DNA of 64,000 bases. Source: Hormiphora californensis. Its lineage: Eukaryota; Animalia; Ctenophora. The notes beneath the pieces were generated by a model. The model ran no database searches, was not told where the DNA came from, and saw nothing but the letters and a program-made list of their open reading frames with translations. Shown in pieces: positions 45,610-57,989 of the stretch. The stretch is from contig CM035361.1 in NCBI GenBank assembly GCA_020137815.1, positions 1,240,001-1,304,000 on the forward strand, read 5' to 3'. Position 1 is the first letter of the stretch. Each line of letters begins with the position of its first letter. The translations under genes and the position numbers were made by a program.

Positions 45610-47243
45610 ATGATACCGGGAGTTGGGTTTATCAGCTGCGTCAAGGATACACCCTCCCAAAACTCCAACTCTACTCCATCATTGTTTCAGGTATCTACTC
45701 CTTCCTTACCCCACCTTCAGGACTCTACTCCCTCCTTCCCCCACCTTCAGGACTCTACTCCCTCCTTCCCCACCTTCAGGACTCTACTCCCTCCTTCCCC
45801 ACCTTCAGGACTCTACTCCCTCCTTCCCCCACCTTCAGGACTCTACTCCCTCCTTCCCCCACCTTCAGGAATCTACTCCCTCCTTCCCCCACCTTCAGGA
45901 CTCTACTCCCTCCTTCCCCCACCTTCAGGACTCTACTCCCTCCTTCCCCCACCTTCAGGACTCTACTCCCTCCTTCCCCCACCTTCAGGACTCTACTCCC
46001 TCCTTCCCCCACCTTCAGGATTCTACTCCCTCCTTCCCCCACCTTCAGGACTCTACTCCCTCCTTCCCCCACCTTCAGGACTCTACTCCCTCCTTCCCCC
46101 ACCTTCAGGTCTCTACTCCCTCCTTCCCCCACCTTCAGGACTACTCCCTCCTTCCCCCACCTTCAGGACTCTACTCCCTTCTTCCCCCACCTTCAGGACT
46201 CTACTCCCTCTTTCCCCCACCTTCAGGTCTCTACTCCCTCCTTCCCCCACCTTCAGGTCTCTACTCCCTCCTTCCCCCACCTTCAGGACTCTACTCCCTC
46301 CTTCCCCCACCTTCAGGACTCTACTCCCTACTTCCCCCACCTTCAGGACTCTACTCCCTCCATCCCTGAAATTCCCATTAAAATAACCCGAACACGAGAC
46401 AACAAGTACCTGTTATGGGATGTGGAATCTATCAGCGGTTTACGTGACCACTTCGGAGTTGTTGGAACACCCATTGGTACCTTGCCAAGGAAACCTCGAC
46501 AAAATAAGGTGTTGGGGTTACCAGTGTGTTTTATGAAGGAGCAGGTGTACTTGTTATGTGTTGCCGGGGTTGCCATAGTAGTGGATATACCGGGGGACCT
46601 TCCCAAATCACAGGATTCAGAGGTGTTTTTGGCTGGACTTGAGGGGTCGTATAAAGCACAAAACAGGCATCTCCAGGCATCCATTTATCAGAGATCACGT
46701 GACTTTGTTGAGAATCCAAGGGAAGTTCCAGAACATTTAGCGCTCGATAAGCCTGTTAATGTCCATTCACCTGAGTACTATCTACAACGTGTATTTGAGG
46801 TTTCCCTTCCTCGACACTGGATTACAACCGCATCTAACCCGGCTCCCCTACCGACCCTAACACCACGAGAACGCTCCAGGGCCATGGTGTTACATGATCT
46901 GTACAGGAGACGGTATGCCGTGACATCAGGTCGGAAGTTTGGCGGGGATTTCCTGGTTTATCCGGGTGATCCCTTGGTGTTTCACGCTTGGTACGTTGTC
47001 AGAGTGACGGGTTGTCAGGGTGATGATCACGTTGTCAGAGTGACGGGTTGTCAAGGTGATGATCAGATGGGAGGTAGGGAAATTAGGAAGAAGGGGATTA
47101 CTGTACAGGATGGGGAGATTGGGTGTGAGGAGTTGTTAGGATTTAGTAGGATTGCATCTTCAGTTAAGAAAGTCGCTGTGATGGCCACTGTTTTCGGGGA
47201 GAGGGTAGAGTATGTTTCTCTACAGTGGTCTGGGCTCACTTGA
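45610..47243 (+). CDS. TSEN34: tRNA-splicing endonuclease catalytic subunit Sen34 (conserved core 46362-47243; start uncertain)
   Basis: YLLWD..LRDHFGVVGTPIGTLPRKPRQNKVLGLP, DLYRRRYAVTSGRKFGGDFLVYPGDPLVFHA, RIASSVKK, YVSLQWSGL; catalytic Tyr, His and Lys present. Confidence 0.9.
45694..46361. repeat. 30-bp minisatellite (CTCTACTCCCTCCTTCCCCCACCTTCAGGA)n, about 22 copies
   Basis: Direct reading. Confidence 0.95.
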
Positions 47244-47393
47244 AATTGAGATATTGTAGTGGTTTACATTTTATTGAATCGTTTTAGTTTTTACAGATTT
47301 TATCATCAATTGTTTCCTTGTTTTACCAGTCATCAGCTTTTCCTCCAGTCTCTACCACCTTGTACAAGAATCTAAAACCTTTCCTGTTTTAGT

Positions 47394-50300
47394 ATGTCAG
47401 AGGAAGATAGTGCGGGTGAACTTCAAATTCAGGTTGGTTCCTTAAAATACAGAGAGTCCCAATCCCAGATATGTCAAGAACACCAAGAACACTGATCTAC
47501 AATAGTCCCTGATTTCGCATAATTTTCTAGAAATCAATTAATTGTAATTTACTTACTGGACTATCAATTTTAGGAAGATGAGAAAGAGAATATGCAGCCG
47601 AATTTCACCAACAACAACAACCTTTCTAAGGTAACGTAGGTTAATGATGCAGATGAGACATTGATTGTTTGTTTGTTGTTACTAAACCCTAGAGTACGCT
47701 CAGCAAACCTCCATACCAACCCGGTTCTACTGTGGCGTTGAATCCCTTTCTCTCTGCTGGGAGAGACTCATAGTTTTGGCGTCTAGAACCTTTGAGAGGG
47801 TCTTGGAATGTGAGGCATTGAACCAACCAACAAACCCCGGCTTCAGTGTTCCCCCTATTTCTACATCCCCCCCTCCCCCCAAGACAGTTGTACCCGCGGA
47901 GACGGGGCGGACACAGACAACAGTTCGAACAAAGTTCTGTGTTCACTTTTTTGCAATCTTCCAGGCCCTAAAGTATACCCCAAACTACTATGTCCCTCAC
48001 TCGGGTTTTGTAAAATTTCCCACGGTCATAACTCCACTCCCTGATGAGATAGAGACTTGAAATTTGTTTTGTAGGAAGAACTCGACATGATCTCCTCACA
48101 AAACAAATTTCAAGTCTCTATCTTATCAGGGGGTGGAGCTATGGCCGTCTAAAATCCGGTCGCGCGCAGCAAGGGACATAGTAGTTTGGGGGGACCTTTA
48201 TGTTCGTAGGGCGCGGTGTGTTTGGAGATAGGTTTTGTGCGCGCAGTACATTCACGCGCGGAGCTTGGCGGGACCGTGTTGTGCCACAGTCATGAAACTG
48301 TCACGACCAGGACCGGTTCAGAGGGGACAGCCGACAGTATTTCGTGATACAACTCTCCCCAGTTTTAAGAAAACTATTTACCGGGTGACACATAGTGAAA
48401 TAACACTTGACAGCTCTCCTTCCCATTCAGGTTGGTTTACTGGACTCTTCAGATGAGGAAACTGAGGAACATATGGTAATGAGTCGTAAGAAGCCGGTAG
48501 TGTTTGGATCCAGTTCTGAAGAGGATGTGATCAAGGGAGATGGAGGAGAGGAGGAGGAAGATTTAGAGAGGATGGGGGATAGTGGGTCTGAAGAAAAGAT
48601 AGAGAATAAAAAGAAGAAGGGAAAGAAGACAAACAGGAAGGCTCTATCAGATGAAGATCTGTCAGTTCAATCGTCTGCCTCTGAAGATCTACCTAAAACA
48701 AAGAACAAAAAGAAGAAAGGGAAGGGAAGGAGCAAGAAGAAGGGGTCTACTGAAGATGAAATCTCAGACAATTCAGACGGCTCACCAGTCAAAAAGAAGA
48801 AGAAGAAAAAGAAGGAGCCACCCAAGGAATCTCAAAATGACCACAGTCTTGTGTTAGAGAGTGATAGTGATGACGAGCTGCTGAAGGAAATTGAGAACAT
48901 GAATTGTGATGACAAAACAGTCCAGGTGAGTCCACCTCACTCTAACCACTAACCACTTACAGTCAAATAACCGTTATAACCCCATTAGTTATTCTTGGAC
49001 CTGGTTATGTTAGGTGTTACCCCATATAACCCCATTTACAAGTCTAACCCCATATTTTCCCAGCCCAAGTCGGTTGTATCGGGTGGTAGTGATAGTGACG
49101 ATAGTGTGGGACTTCCTGACGATATGTTTGTGGTGCGGAAGGGAGAGGAACAACCTAAACAACCTAAAAAGAAGAAGATAAAGGATCATGATCCGGAGGA
49201 GTGGGCTAACCAGGAGTGGATAGGTTGGTAGGGTCATTTGGAGATCATTTGGAGATCATTTGGGTGGTATTTTAGAAATACTAGACAGCTCCCCGTGAAC
49301 ATTTTTCCTCTCTTGATTATTCGGACAAATATCCTTGCCCTGACAATCCCGAACAATTTTGTATCTTTCCCACAAAATCTCACAACGGGTCCATTTCAGC
49401 GAAGGAATACAGTGAGGGAGGAGCGGAGGGAGTGGAGGGAGGGGAGAAGAAGAAAAAGGGAACAAAGAAAAAGAAGGAAGATGGACTTGATGCGGTGTCA
49501 GCACTTGTTGCGGAGAGACAGCGAATGGTTCGAGGTAAGATTGGTCCTAATTCACTAATTACTGAATTGGATACCGCTGGTTTCCTCCCGGTATGATTCC
49601 GAGAGGGTAAATGCCTCACCCTGATTTAAAACCCACTGTTAGATACCATTACATCTGCAATAACACAACCCCCCCCCCCCCCCCCTCAGAGTCTGCTGTA
49701 TCCCTCCCAAGACACGAGCCAGCACCACTGCAACTGTCAGACTGTCTTGTAAAAGTACCCAAACTATCCGTCCCACTCCGACCTAAAGCACACCAGATTG
49801 AACCAAAAAAAGAGGTGTTCCGACCGACGCTGTCTTCAAAAAACGATAAATTCTTTATGCCAACTAACCTTGGAAACTTCGTTGACAGGTTTAGAAGCTT
49901 ATGTATTACCCATGCATAAAGAACTAACCATGTGTCCCAAAATTCTGAGAAAGAGAATCTAGTGCATAGTTAAATAGTATAGTACCCACTCGATTGATAA
50001 TCCACCCCCTCCCCCCCCCCAGATTACAGAAGCACATGTCCCTGGACAGTGGGAAGGGGGTAGATGAGAGGAGCAGTGGTGGAAACACCCCCAAGAGCGT
50101 CTTCCTGAAGAAACAACTACAGGAGAAACTAAAGGTAAATACATATATCACCACCAAGATCTTTTTCAGTCTCTCCTGTGCACTGTTTGGGCAATGTAAA
50201 TCTTCCCACACGTTTATTGAACTTCTCAAATCTCAAATGATTATTCTCAACTTTTCCCTAAACCTCTATCAGATGCAAATGTTGGCCAAGAAGCTGGAAG

Positions 50301-53300
50301 CCCGTAAACAAGCGGAAGAGAATGCCCCCGACTCACCGCCCCCTGTGAAGGATCCCAAGAGGGATCTGGAGGAGTTGGAGAGGATACTGAGTTTGGAGGG
50401 GGACAGTGATGTAGAGGAGAGTGAGGCTAGGGAGACTGGGGATGAGGGGAGTGGGGAGGAGGAGGAGGAGGAGGGGGAGGAAGGAGGTAACGAACTACCC
50501 TTTTCAAATCTAGATCAAAGAAAATTAAATCTTGAAGATAAAACTAGAAGAGGCTATCTAACTAGAATCCTAAGAGGAAGTGTATCTAATACACTATTCG
50601 AAATGTTTCAGAAAAAGTTGATAAGGATGAAAGGAGAGCAGAGGCGCTGTTGAATGATGAGGAAGTATCGAGTTCTTCAGGGAGAAATGATGAAAATGAT
50701 GATACTGATAGTGATCTGGTATGTTAGCTTCACTTCTACATTTTATAACACCCAAGACCCAACCTTCAGCTTCGCCCATCTTCTTTTTGGCCACCAAATG
50801 GAGGATCCATCCTTTGTTTTTGTCTCCCTTTTCTAATTCCCTCGTTTCTATCTCCCTCTCATTTCCCGTCAAAAGTATTTATACCACCTTATCAATCATC
50901 AATTGATCTCACTATTCTCCCTCCCAGTTGGTATCGGCTGATGAAGTCCATATCAGGGAACTGCCAGCTGATTCTGGGGCTGATGATGTAGAGGACCCAT
51001 TACAACCATCCCGATATAGCCTCCGCAGAATGACACGGTATACTGTGGTACAATGGTTTTCGTAAAAGTGTTTAAACTTTCAAGGGGCTGCTATAATACT
51101 TTGGTTACGAAGTTACCCCTTGCCAGCGCGCGCGAAGGTCACCCGAGTGTGAGGTGTCTTCGATACCAATATAATACTGTCCTCCCTCCCTAGTTAAGAA
51201 CTACAGAAGGCCAGAAGGGGACAGTGCATGAGCAATCGTTTATTAGGGACCACAAAGTAGTCAAATCTAAATTCACGTTCTCTCCTGTCAGGTTTCTCCG
51301 GAAGCGTCGTCTTCAGACAGTCCCCAAGAAGAAATCAGCAGCCCAGTTCTCTGACTCTGAGGAAGAGGAAGAAAAGGAAGATGAGAGAAAGGGAAAGGTT
51401 GAGAGGGTGAAGGAGAAGATGAAGAAGTTACTGGAGGAGAGAAAGAGGATAAAGGAGGATCTGGTAGATAAAAAGGTATTATACATGTTCTGAAACCGTG
51501 CAGGAGCCACTCTAGAATAGCTGTGAAGAACTGCCAGTCCAACTATCCACCTATTTTCTGTTTGACACAGTTTCAGGCGTCACTTTTTTCTGTTTACTCA
51601 CACTTCTCCCCCACCCCCTACAGAGCCGTTTACTAACACTCCCTCCCTCTACAGAGCCGAGTTGAGAGGCTACAAAAGGCACGTGAGGTGATGGAGGAGA
51701 AAGCGATTAAAATCACCAACATTGCTGTTATAAAGAAAGATCCTCACCCACAAAAGAAGAAACCAGCAGCAGCAGCACAGCCCTGGATGTTAGATGATAG
51801 TGATGAAGATGAGGACGATGGGAGGGTCATGTTAGTCGAGGAAGATGAGGTTGGTGGGAGCTATTACGGTTTTGAGCTGCGCTGTGATTGGCTGAAATTT
51901 CGAGCGAGGGGAAATTTCAGCCAATCACAGCGCAGGATTTGAGCCGAAGATGAGGTGAAGAAAGTGTGACATAATACAATTCACAATTCCTTTTACTAGT
52001 AGGCCCGTTCGCCCTACGGGCGAATTTCGGGGAAATGGTAGCTGGATTAGGGAACGCTGATATCACCTGCACCATCCGTTCCTAGCCTATCTCTCACTTT
52101 CTCCCTACTCATGTTGTTGTACGCTCTGGGCTTCCTGACAATGTCAAGGTCCGAATTTAAGAGATCAATGTCACGGAGGTGCAGTGCTGTTCCAGAAACT
52201 CATCACGTGAAAACTTGGCCGCTATGTAGCCGATTCGGAGATTTCTATATTCGACTGGAGTAATCACCCTTGGGCGACGTTGGGTAAAGCTATCCGTAGT
52301 CATTGATTGGCTCGCTTGAACACGTTGGCGTAATCTGTCATATTCTCTAGCCTACTCTCTGACAGCAGCAGATCTTCTGGACCCATATAACCGTTGCCGA
52401 ATAGCGCTTGGGGTGGAAGAGCTAGACATCAGGACAGAAGTAAAAGAATGCACGTGCAGAATTGAATTTCCCCTTGGTACCCAACTGCAACCGGGAGAGA
52501 TCTCTCCAGGTCCCTCTAATAATTGCACGTGCAAGTGTAAGTACTGTGTAGTTGCTAGGTGATCTCTGTCACACAATTTGCTTAGTAAGTAGTATGATTT
52601 GAATAAATTCCCACATGATCAATCAACAAATCATAACATTCATTCAATCAGGATCAGAAGAAGAAGGAAGAAGATGATGAGGAAGATTTGCCGTGTATTA
52701 ACATGGATGATGATGATAGTGTACCACCTCCTGCTACAGCTGCTGCTGATAGTCAACTCCCTAGATTACTACAGGGTGATAGGCAGTATCCTAGATTGCT
52801 ACAGGGTGGTAGTCAGTATCCAAAGGGTGATAGTCAGCATCCAAAGGGTGATAGTCAGCATCCAAAGGGTGGTAGTCTCCCTAAAGTGGAGGGTGATTCT
52901 CTCCCTATTGTTCTGGATGAGGATAGTCTTGTTCCCCTACCAGCTGACCATGACGATAGTTTTAGGTATGTTACATGGGGTATCTTAATGTGTTTTAGTT
53001 AGCTCAAGGAAGAGTTGGGTATAACGTCGAATATATAACGGGACCCGGGGAAGAATTAGAGCTTTCCAGCTCCTGGGAATAATCACCACAATAACACCCC
53101 CAGGTTCGGCTCGTTGGGAACACAGCAAGTTGGATCCCTTGATATGGACTCCCTGGGTGCTACCAGTGAACCCATGCCTGACTCTCTTATCAGTTTCCCC
53201 GCTGACTCGTTAGGTAAAGACAATCTCAGGAACATCCCAAATTGATCTCGGGTCTTTATCTGGCTTTGTCTCCCCGTAACATTCAGTGAAACTGTGTGAA

Positions 53301-56300
53301 CTGTGAAATTGTATTCCTGTTTTGTGGCTGTGGTGAAGGGGTGTAAAACTGAAACAATCAATGAATGGAGTGGGGGCCACTGGGTGACCTCCAAACTGGT
53401 CTCGCGTGTGTTAGGGTGGGTTCAGGCATTCAGGAAAACGACGTTGATTCAGGTGTTCAAATCAAATGCTAATAAAACACACGCGAGACCAGTTTGGAGG
53501 TCACCCAGTGGCCCCCACTCCATTCATCATGATGCCGCGGACGGTGAAACCAGCCCCTCAAGGTTGGCACAGCTGAAACAATCAACACATTGTTTTAAAC
53601 CAGGTGCTACATCACTCCCTAAAACCCCACATTTTCCAGGTGCTGACTCCAACCAGCCCCATCCCTTGAGGGACCTATCTGGTTTCAACTCAGGATCAGG
53701 GCCCCTCTCCAGTACCATCATACCAGATAGTCTGGATACTATGCCTATCAGCGAGAAAACATTTGATGTGGACTCAGCAGGTGAGAGAAAAGTGAGATCG
53801 TTACTTTAAGTAAAGAGAGTAAGACAAACTAGCCAACCGAGATGAGGATAGTTAAAAATAACTGTGCTTCAATAATTCAATGATACAATTTAAGTCATGA
53901 CTTTCTATCATTTTATCCCCTCTCATTACCCCCTCTCCCAGCACAAAGTGTGATAGAAGAGACCCAGGATCCTGCCTCTCAAGCGGGGGACAGCTTCCTG
54001 CCTCCCGATGAGAATGCTGTCTTTCTAGACACTCAGGGGCACATACGATCTGCCACTGTTTCTGAGTAAGTGGGGTATTGACATTTTTTCCCTGCCCGGG
54101 TGAATGCCCGTCGGGCATTCACCCGGGATGATGTTTTTAGCACGCACGTGCTAAAAAGATCATTCAGGGTTTAGAAATCAGCAGATTGTGTAGTTAACTA
54201 AATGTCCGTCCGTCCGTCCACCGTTACACATAGTAACAAAGTCTGCTCCTTCATAAAACTTTCAACTCACACTTTGTTGATGCAACAAAGGAAACGATTA
54301 ACATGAATTGTGGCGCGCAATTATTCACTCGTATCACTTCCTACTTTCACATCAAATCACTTTGGGTACCCTACAGCCGTACCATGACATGGTAGCAAGT
54401 CTTCCAATCATGAAACTACTATCACACAATAATTGCAAGTGACTGGAGTTAAGATGAGCGAGGGTAAAGTTAAAGCACTTGGTAACCAACCAGGGTCTCC
54501 TTAGCAACTGCCTTGGTTATCATAGCAACTGTCTTGGTCACCATAGCAACTGCTTTGATTACCATAGCAACAACCCTGGATACCATAGCAACCAACATCG
54601 TATAAGCCGAGTGAAAAATTCATCGGGAAATCCGGTTTCGAAGCTTTTAGTCATCAATTTTACACCCATTTGTGGCAGGGAAACACCGCATTATGAATAC
54701 ATAATGCAATAATTCTTGTTGAATTTACGTCTAGTTTCTCCAACAGGATTCCTCCTGCAATGCATTTGAATCACTCTGACAACCATACCATACCCCTAAC
54801 ACCTCATCGACCCCCTGACACCACTATTAGTTAGTACTCGATTAGGAATCTATGACTACTATTTCCATCCTGTGCAGTGAACAAGAGGGAGGGATAGAGG
54901 CTCTTGCAGCACTTGACAACTCAGCTACTGGTGATCTACTGGACCTGTGCTCTGGTGGATTTGGCACCCTGCCAACAACAGGAAATGCAGGGTTTGATAG
55001 CCTTCCTAAAACTGGCAGTTTAGAGTTTGGATCGTTGCCAAAAACTGGTAGTGCTGGATTCGGCAGTACATCCAAATCTGGTACGTCTCCTGAGGGAGGG
55101 TCAGGGGAGCCAGTATCACCTGTCAGAGTTACTGTTAGGGATATCAACTTCGGGGCTAAGGATATGACTCCAACAAGTTAGTACTAATAAATAATAGTTT
55201 AAATCTTCATCTCTATTTCATTTGTATCAATTCATTCTTCAATTGGATGAGGGTTTAATTTAATTTTTCTACCATTTTCACTCCCTACCAGATCCTATCA
55301 ATGATATCATCTCTCCCCTTGTCAGATGTTATGCAGTCTCCTATTACAATGACGCCCATTGGAAATAAGGCTAAACTTCTCTCTCAGACACCCCTCACCA
55401 GGTAAGATCTTGACCTTCCCATAAGACGGCTTCCAAAGAGCAAATTTAGATCTTTTTATTGTGTAACTGAGAGGAAAGTAGTAAGACTACGATTAACTGA
55501 AATTAACCCCCTCCCTCTACTACAGATTCAAAGTAAGAGACCCCGATAACGACGATGAAGATGATGATGATGAAGATGAGTTATCCCGGGGTGGTGGGGA
55601 GGACAGCAACATGTCACGACAGAGGAGGTCTCTTTTTGGGGGAATGGTGGATGGGGAGGCTGAGAAGAGTGGAGATGAACACAGTGATGATGAAGATGAA
55701 GGTAACATTGTGTGACGTCATTGTGTGACGTAATAACATTTGGTGTGACGTCATAGACTCTAGTGACGTCATTATCATAGTGCAATGTGACGTCGTTAGA
55801 ATTGAGAGTCTTTCTAGTCGAAACTAAACGAATTGTCATTCTAGATGTGACTAATTGTGACGTAATACAAATACCTCCCTTCCTAGATGGTCAAGATGAG
55901 TTTGATGAAGAACTGCTGGCAGCCCCTGAGGACCTACCTAGCGACGAGGAGGAATTAGCGAGGTGAGTTTGTTACTTTAACTAAAGAGAGAGCAGGTGAG
56001 TTTGTTACGTTTACTATAGAAAGATATGACTAGACTCTAACATGACCTCTCCCAATTAGGGTTCTCAAGGAGAAATATCAGGATCAAGAGGCTCTGAAGG
56101 AAAAGGAACAGATTCGAAGGTTGAAGGAGCGGTTTATCCAGGTATTTCATCAATCGCCTTGCATTGTGTCTCGCTACGTATGAAAAGTTCACCCCTCCCT
56201 CTCTACCCTAGACCCCCTCTAGATGCCTCTCTACCCTAGACCCCCTCTAGATGCCTCTCTACCCTAGACCCCCTCTAGAGGCCTCTCCACCCTAGACTTA

Positions 56301-57415
56301 AATTAATTTTTGTTCAGGAGGAACAGGGATTCTTCAGAACGAGGAAGTTTCACCAGGACGAGGATTCTAACTTGGACTTGTTCTCATCCAACCAATTAGG
56401 ATTCGATGATGAAGAGGAAGGTAATTAAAACTTCGCTAATTGATCGATTTGTTAAATAGTGTATTAGGCGTTTGATGTTTTGAATTTGATGTTATTGTTT
56501 TATTTTAACGATAACTATTCTGTTGTTTATCAGAGAATATTGATAGTGAAGCCTTCAAGAGTGAGCTAGAGAGAAGAGCTGAGCGACTGAAAAAGGAGCA
56601 GTTCGTAAAGGATAAACGAAGAAAAGAGGTGAATTTTATACCAACTAGATTCTGCAAACGCTCCTATCCTGCTATTTTATACACGGCCTAATTGATAATT
56701 GATCTTTCATACGCCTATCATTCGGTATAATCTACGTGTTGTAACCGCGTTGAGTAACCATGGTAACGACCTGTTGTTTCAGCGATCATAACCCTGTTGT
56801 GTAACCATGGTAACCCTCGCTCATTATTACCTTTGCAGGCCGTAGCAGCAGTAGTTGATGATGATAGTCAGGCACTACTGGATTCTCTAGTTGATATTAC
56901 AGACAATACCAGCAGATCCAATTCATATCCGACAATTAGCAAACCTGCTGAGAAGGTATTATAGATGTTTCTAACACGTTTTAGAATACCCAAATGCGTA
57001 AAATATGGTATCTGGTTTTATACCTAAATCCTCCTACTACAGAAGACCTGAAACCCACTCACCTCTCTTGCAGCAGTGTGGTAGTTTCCTCAAGGCAAGT
57101 TCCAAACTACAAGACAGACTATCCAGTATGTCAGACAAAGCCCCCTCACGAGCCTACGTGTTCCAATCAGTTAGTCCTGGACAGGCTAAGAGACGTAGTT
57201 CGAATGTTTCGGTAAGATTTATTGTAATAGGATGATTTTAGTTAGGTTTAGTTAGGTTTGGAAACTAAGTTTATCAGTTTTAGATTTAATGTTGCCATAA
57301 ACACTCCTCCCTGTTATTATAGGCAAGCCAAGCTAAGCGCAAGAAGATGACCTTAACTGCCCATGCTAGTGACGCAAAGAAACAAACAAAAAGTATCTTC
57401 AACGTGATAAAGTGA
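47394..57415 (+). CDS. CLSPN: Claspin (replication checkpoint mediator), many exons
   Basis: ERQRMVRESAVSLPRHEP (DNA-binding region), DLLDLCSGGF (Chk1-binding repeat), DGEAEKSGDE, RRLKERFI, GSFL, AYVFQSVSP, C-terminal KSIFNVIK*; acidic and lysine-rich throughout. Confidence 0.85.
47965..48200. repeat. Imperfect palindrome inside an intronic repeat element of Claspin
   Basis: CCCCAAACTACTATGTCCCT/AGGGACATAGTAGTTTGGGG and GATAGAGACTTGAAATTTGTTTTGT/ACAAAACAAATTTCAAGTCTCTATC. Confidence 0.7.
51996..52597 (-). mobile_element. Short non-autonomous Helitron in a Claspin intron
   Basis: Minus strand A|TCATACTACTTACTAAGC ... TTCGCCCGTAGGGCGAA hairpin ... CTAG|T; termini related to 35138-35765. Confidence 0.8.
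53360..53527. mobile_element. Palindromic MITE-like insert with ~52-bp arms
   Basis: ATGAATGGAGTGGGGGCCACTGGGTGACCTCCAAACTGGTCTCGCGTGTGTT is mirrored exactly. Confidence 0.75.
54084..54720 (+). mobile_element. DINE-1/HINE-like non-autonomous Helentron
   Basis: T-run insertion site, subterminal inverted repeat TTCCCTGCC/GGCAGGGAA, 5' palindromes, (GTCC)n microsatellite, 3' stem-loop GCATTATG-AATA-CATAATGC. Confidence 0.75.
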
Positions 57416-57989
57416 GAATTATAAGACGACACAAAGATGGTGATTAATTCCAACTAAGTTTTTCAATTACAATTTAGTCATTTTCAGACATTTTAAGCCT
57501 AGAACACTGTGTCGGAGACATTTTCTTGAGTAGAATTGATGTATCTTAGTTCCCAAGATCAGCCCAGAGATGATATTTGTGCTGTGTAGATCATATAGTG
57601 ATATTGATGGAGCTGGAAATCTGAAAATATTTTTAATTGATTGAGAAATCGTGTTTTCTTATACCCCACCCCCATATCCCTGTGAATCCCTATTCTTACC
57701 TCGCCTCTCAATTCTTAGCTATGTTTATGGAAATGGTGGAATCTGCCCTGAACCTTCGCACACCAATCAGGAGACTCCACAACCGGAACCAGAGATGTAT
57801 TCTGGAGATGGCTGACATATCGTTAGTTTCTATGGAATCAAGGCCGCAACTACACTTGAAAGGTTAGTTTTCTGTATATCTGTGTGTCTGTCTGTCTGTC
57901 TGTCGGTTTACTAGAAAAGTCCCCCTACAGTACTTTCCCAGCAAACATCTTCTTGTTAACCAAACTAACAACATTTCACTGTCCCACAC

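Noticed and set aside
48040-48065. CTGATGA...GAAA hammerhead-like core
   Set aside because: No stem II pairing and no stem I/III; part of a palindromic repeat.
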